Part shown: in pieces, positions 62,691 to 64,000 of the stretch | Position numbering within the stretch: the first letter of the stretch is position 1 | Layout: every line of letters begins with the position of its first letter | Assembly (NCBI RefSeq): GCF_964355755.1 | Contig: NC_092671.1 | Span: 23,572,070 to 23,636,069 of the forward strand | Source of the DNA: Antedon mediterranea | Taxonomy: Eukaryota > Animalia > Echinodermata | Reading direction: 5' to 3' | Length of the DNA: 64,000 nucleotides | Notes under the pieces: model-generated | Seen by the model: the letters and a program-made list of their open reading frames with translations, nothing else | Told to the model about the DNA's origin: nothing | Databases searched by the model: none | Made by a program: the position numbers and the translations under genes

Positions 62691-64000
62691 GTAGGTATAT
62701 AATAATATTTCTTTTGTAAAAATATGTATGTCAAGTTCTTTTAAATTAGTCGACTGTAATGGGACTGGCATAAAAATTTGTCTTATGCGAACTTCGACAG
62801 ATTTGTAAAAAAAATGCTAGGCCTAGACCTAGGTTAACTCACTAGCAACGCTAAAGCTAGGCCTAGTAGACCCTGTCGTGATCAGCCCTAAAAACTGAAT
62901 ATCAATTGGATTGATTTTATACAATGGTCATAAACACAATAACAAGGTATATATTTAATGCAATTAAAGTCACTTAAATAGTCATAGGCTAGCCCTACCA
63001 CACAGTGCATCGTAACTGAAGCAATGTGAGGTTTTCCCTTTTCATGGAACCTCTGATTATGATATAAAGGCAAATAATATCATCTTGATTCTAAATAGGT
63101 CGGAAATATCATTGTTTTATTATTAAAATACCATTGTTTTGATTGTAAAATGTTTAAATTCGACTACATCAAAATTACTGATATTTCAGTCTCCGTTATG
63201 GGTGCATCTTATACACAGGTGCGACTTGTACACCGAAATGTACGGTATTTATTAGGTATCATATCACAATTATTAGTGAGAGCACCCGGAAGTTCTGACA
63301 ATATTATATCAGTAAAGGGTAGTCACTTTTAAAAATGAAAATCCTTGAAACAATATTTGGTAGGGTATTGTTTTATATTTATCCGGATGGACCCCTCACC
63401 CTTCCCATATGATCCCCTATTCCTGTACCCTTTCCAGCTGGCACCACCATTGTTGTAGTATATTGGTATGACAGTAGAAATTTAAATGAACTGATTTATT
63501 AGACACCATAGAGCATAGGACTGCATTGTCCTATATTTTAATAGAGATATATCTAGATATTTTAACATGTGTTTTTGCGGCCATTTTCTAATTAACAGCT
63601 CTTAAAATAATGTGTGGATTATAGTTGAGGTCTTGGAAACTGTAAAAAAATATATAAAGCTTTGTAAAAACTGTTATAAAGTGGTTATTAGATATATCAT
63701 CAATGTTTTTTAGTCTTTTTTTAGGAATTTTTGCCATTGCCGGCCATTTTGTTTAAAAAAACTATTTCTCCATCGCCTGGATTTTTCTAGACTTTTAGTC
63801 TTTCTATCTGCAAGCTTTTACAGCTGGAATTGTATGTTTTCACTATTAAAAGTAATTGTTTTGTTATAAATATATTTATTAGGAGGAGTTACATTACTAC
63901 GCGCAGCAGCCAAGAATCATTCACGTGTGACTGTTGTTTGTGATCCAAATGATTATAACAAGTATGTTTTTCAATTTTAGTACACTTAAAAAATGTGATA

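Noticed and set aside
62438-62719. 93-aa ORF as a stand-alone gene
   Set aside because: Only 62602-62690 is ATIC exon; the rest is intron read in frame.
1344-63332. Remaining short ORFs in the track
   Set aside because: AT-rich chance ORFs or antisense and alternate frames of transposon genes, with no recognisable domains.

Overview
AT-rich animal genomic DNA, most likely a marine invertebrate (inference from the transposon repertoire). It carries four small coding exons of the purine-synthesis gene ATIC/purH on the + strand (21473-21599, 21829-21905, 43951-44017, 62602-62690); the first coding exon was not securely located. Almost all the rest is nested transposon DNA: Helentron/DINE-1-like elements, Academ elements with XPG-like remnants, two hAT transposons with 6-bp TSDs, MITEs (Harbinger, Tc1/pogo, Kolobok, piggyBac, hAT types), LINEs (L2, L1/Tx1, RTE, Rex1/Babar, a young RTEX-like copy) and tRNA-derived SINEs. 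Highlights: (1) a ~5.2-kb Mu-killer-like fold-back of an Academ element that captured its own flank; (2) 19-24-bp CA...TG hairpins with 7-8-bp direct repeats that look like P-type excision footprints; (3) strong TAGGCCTA enrichment, with one homolog pair showing TA versus TAGGCCTA; (4) a LINE whose ORF1 and AUG-less ORF2 are in frame across one UAG; (5) a ~600-bp module shared by MITEs with unrelated ends; (6) an intact hAT catalytic exon in phase with ATIC exon 2. All coordinates and alignments were made by eye; family names rest on motif recognition, not database searches.
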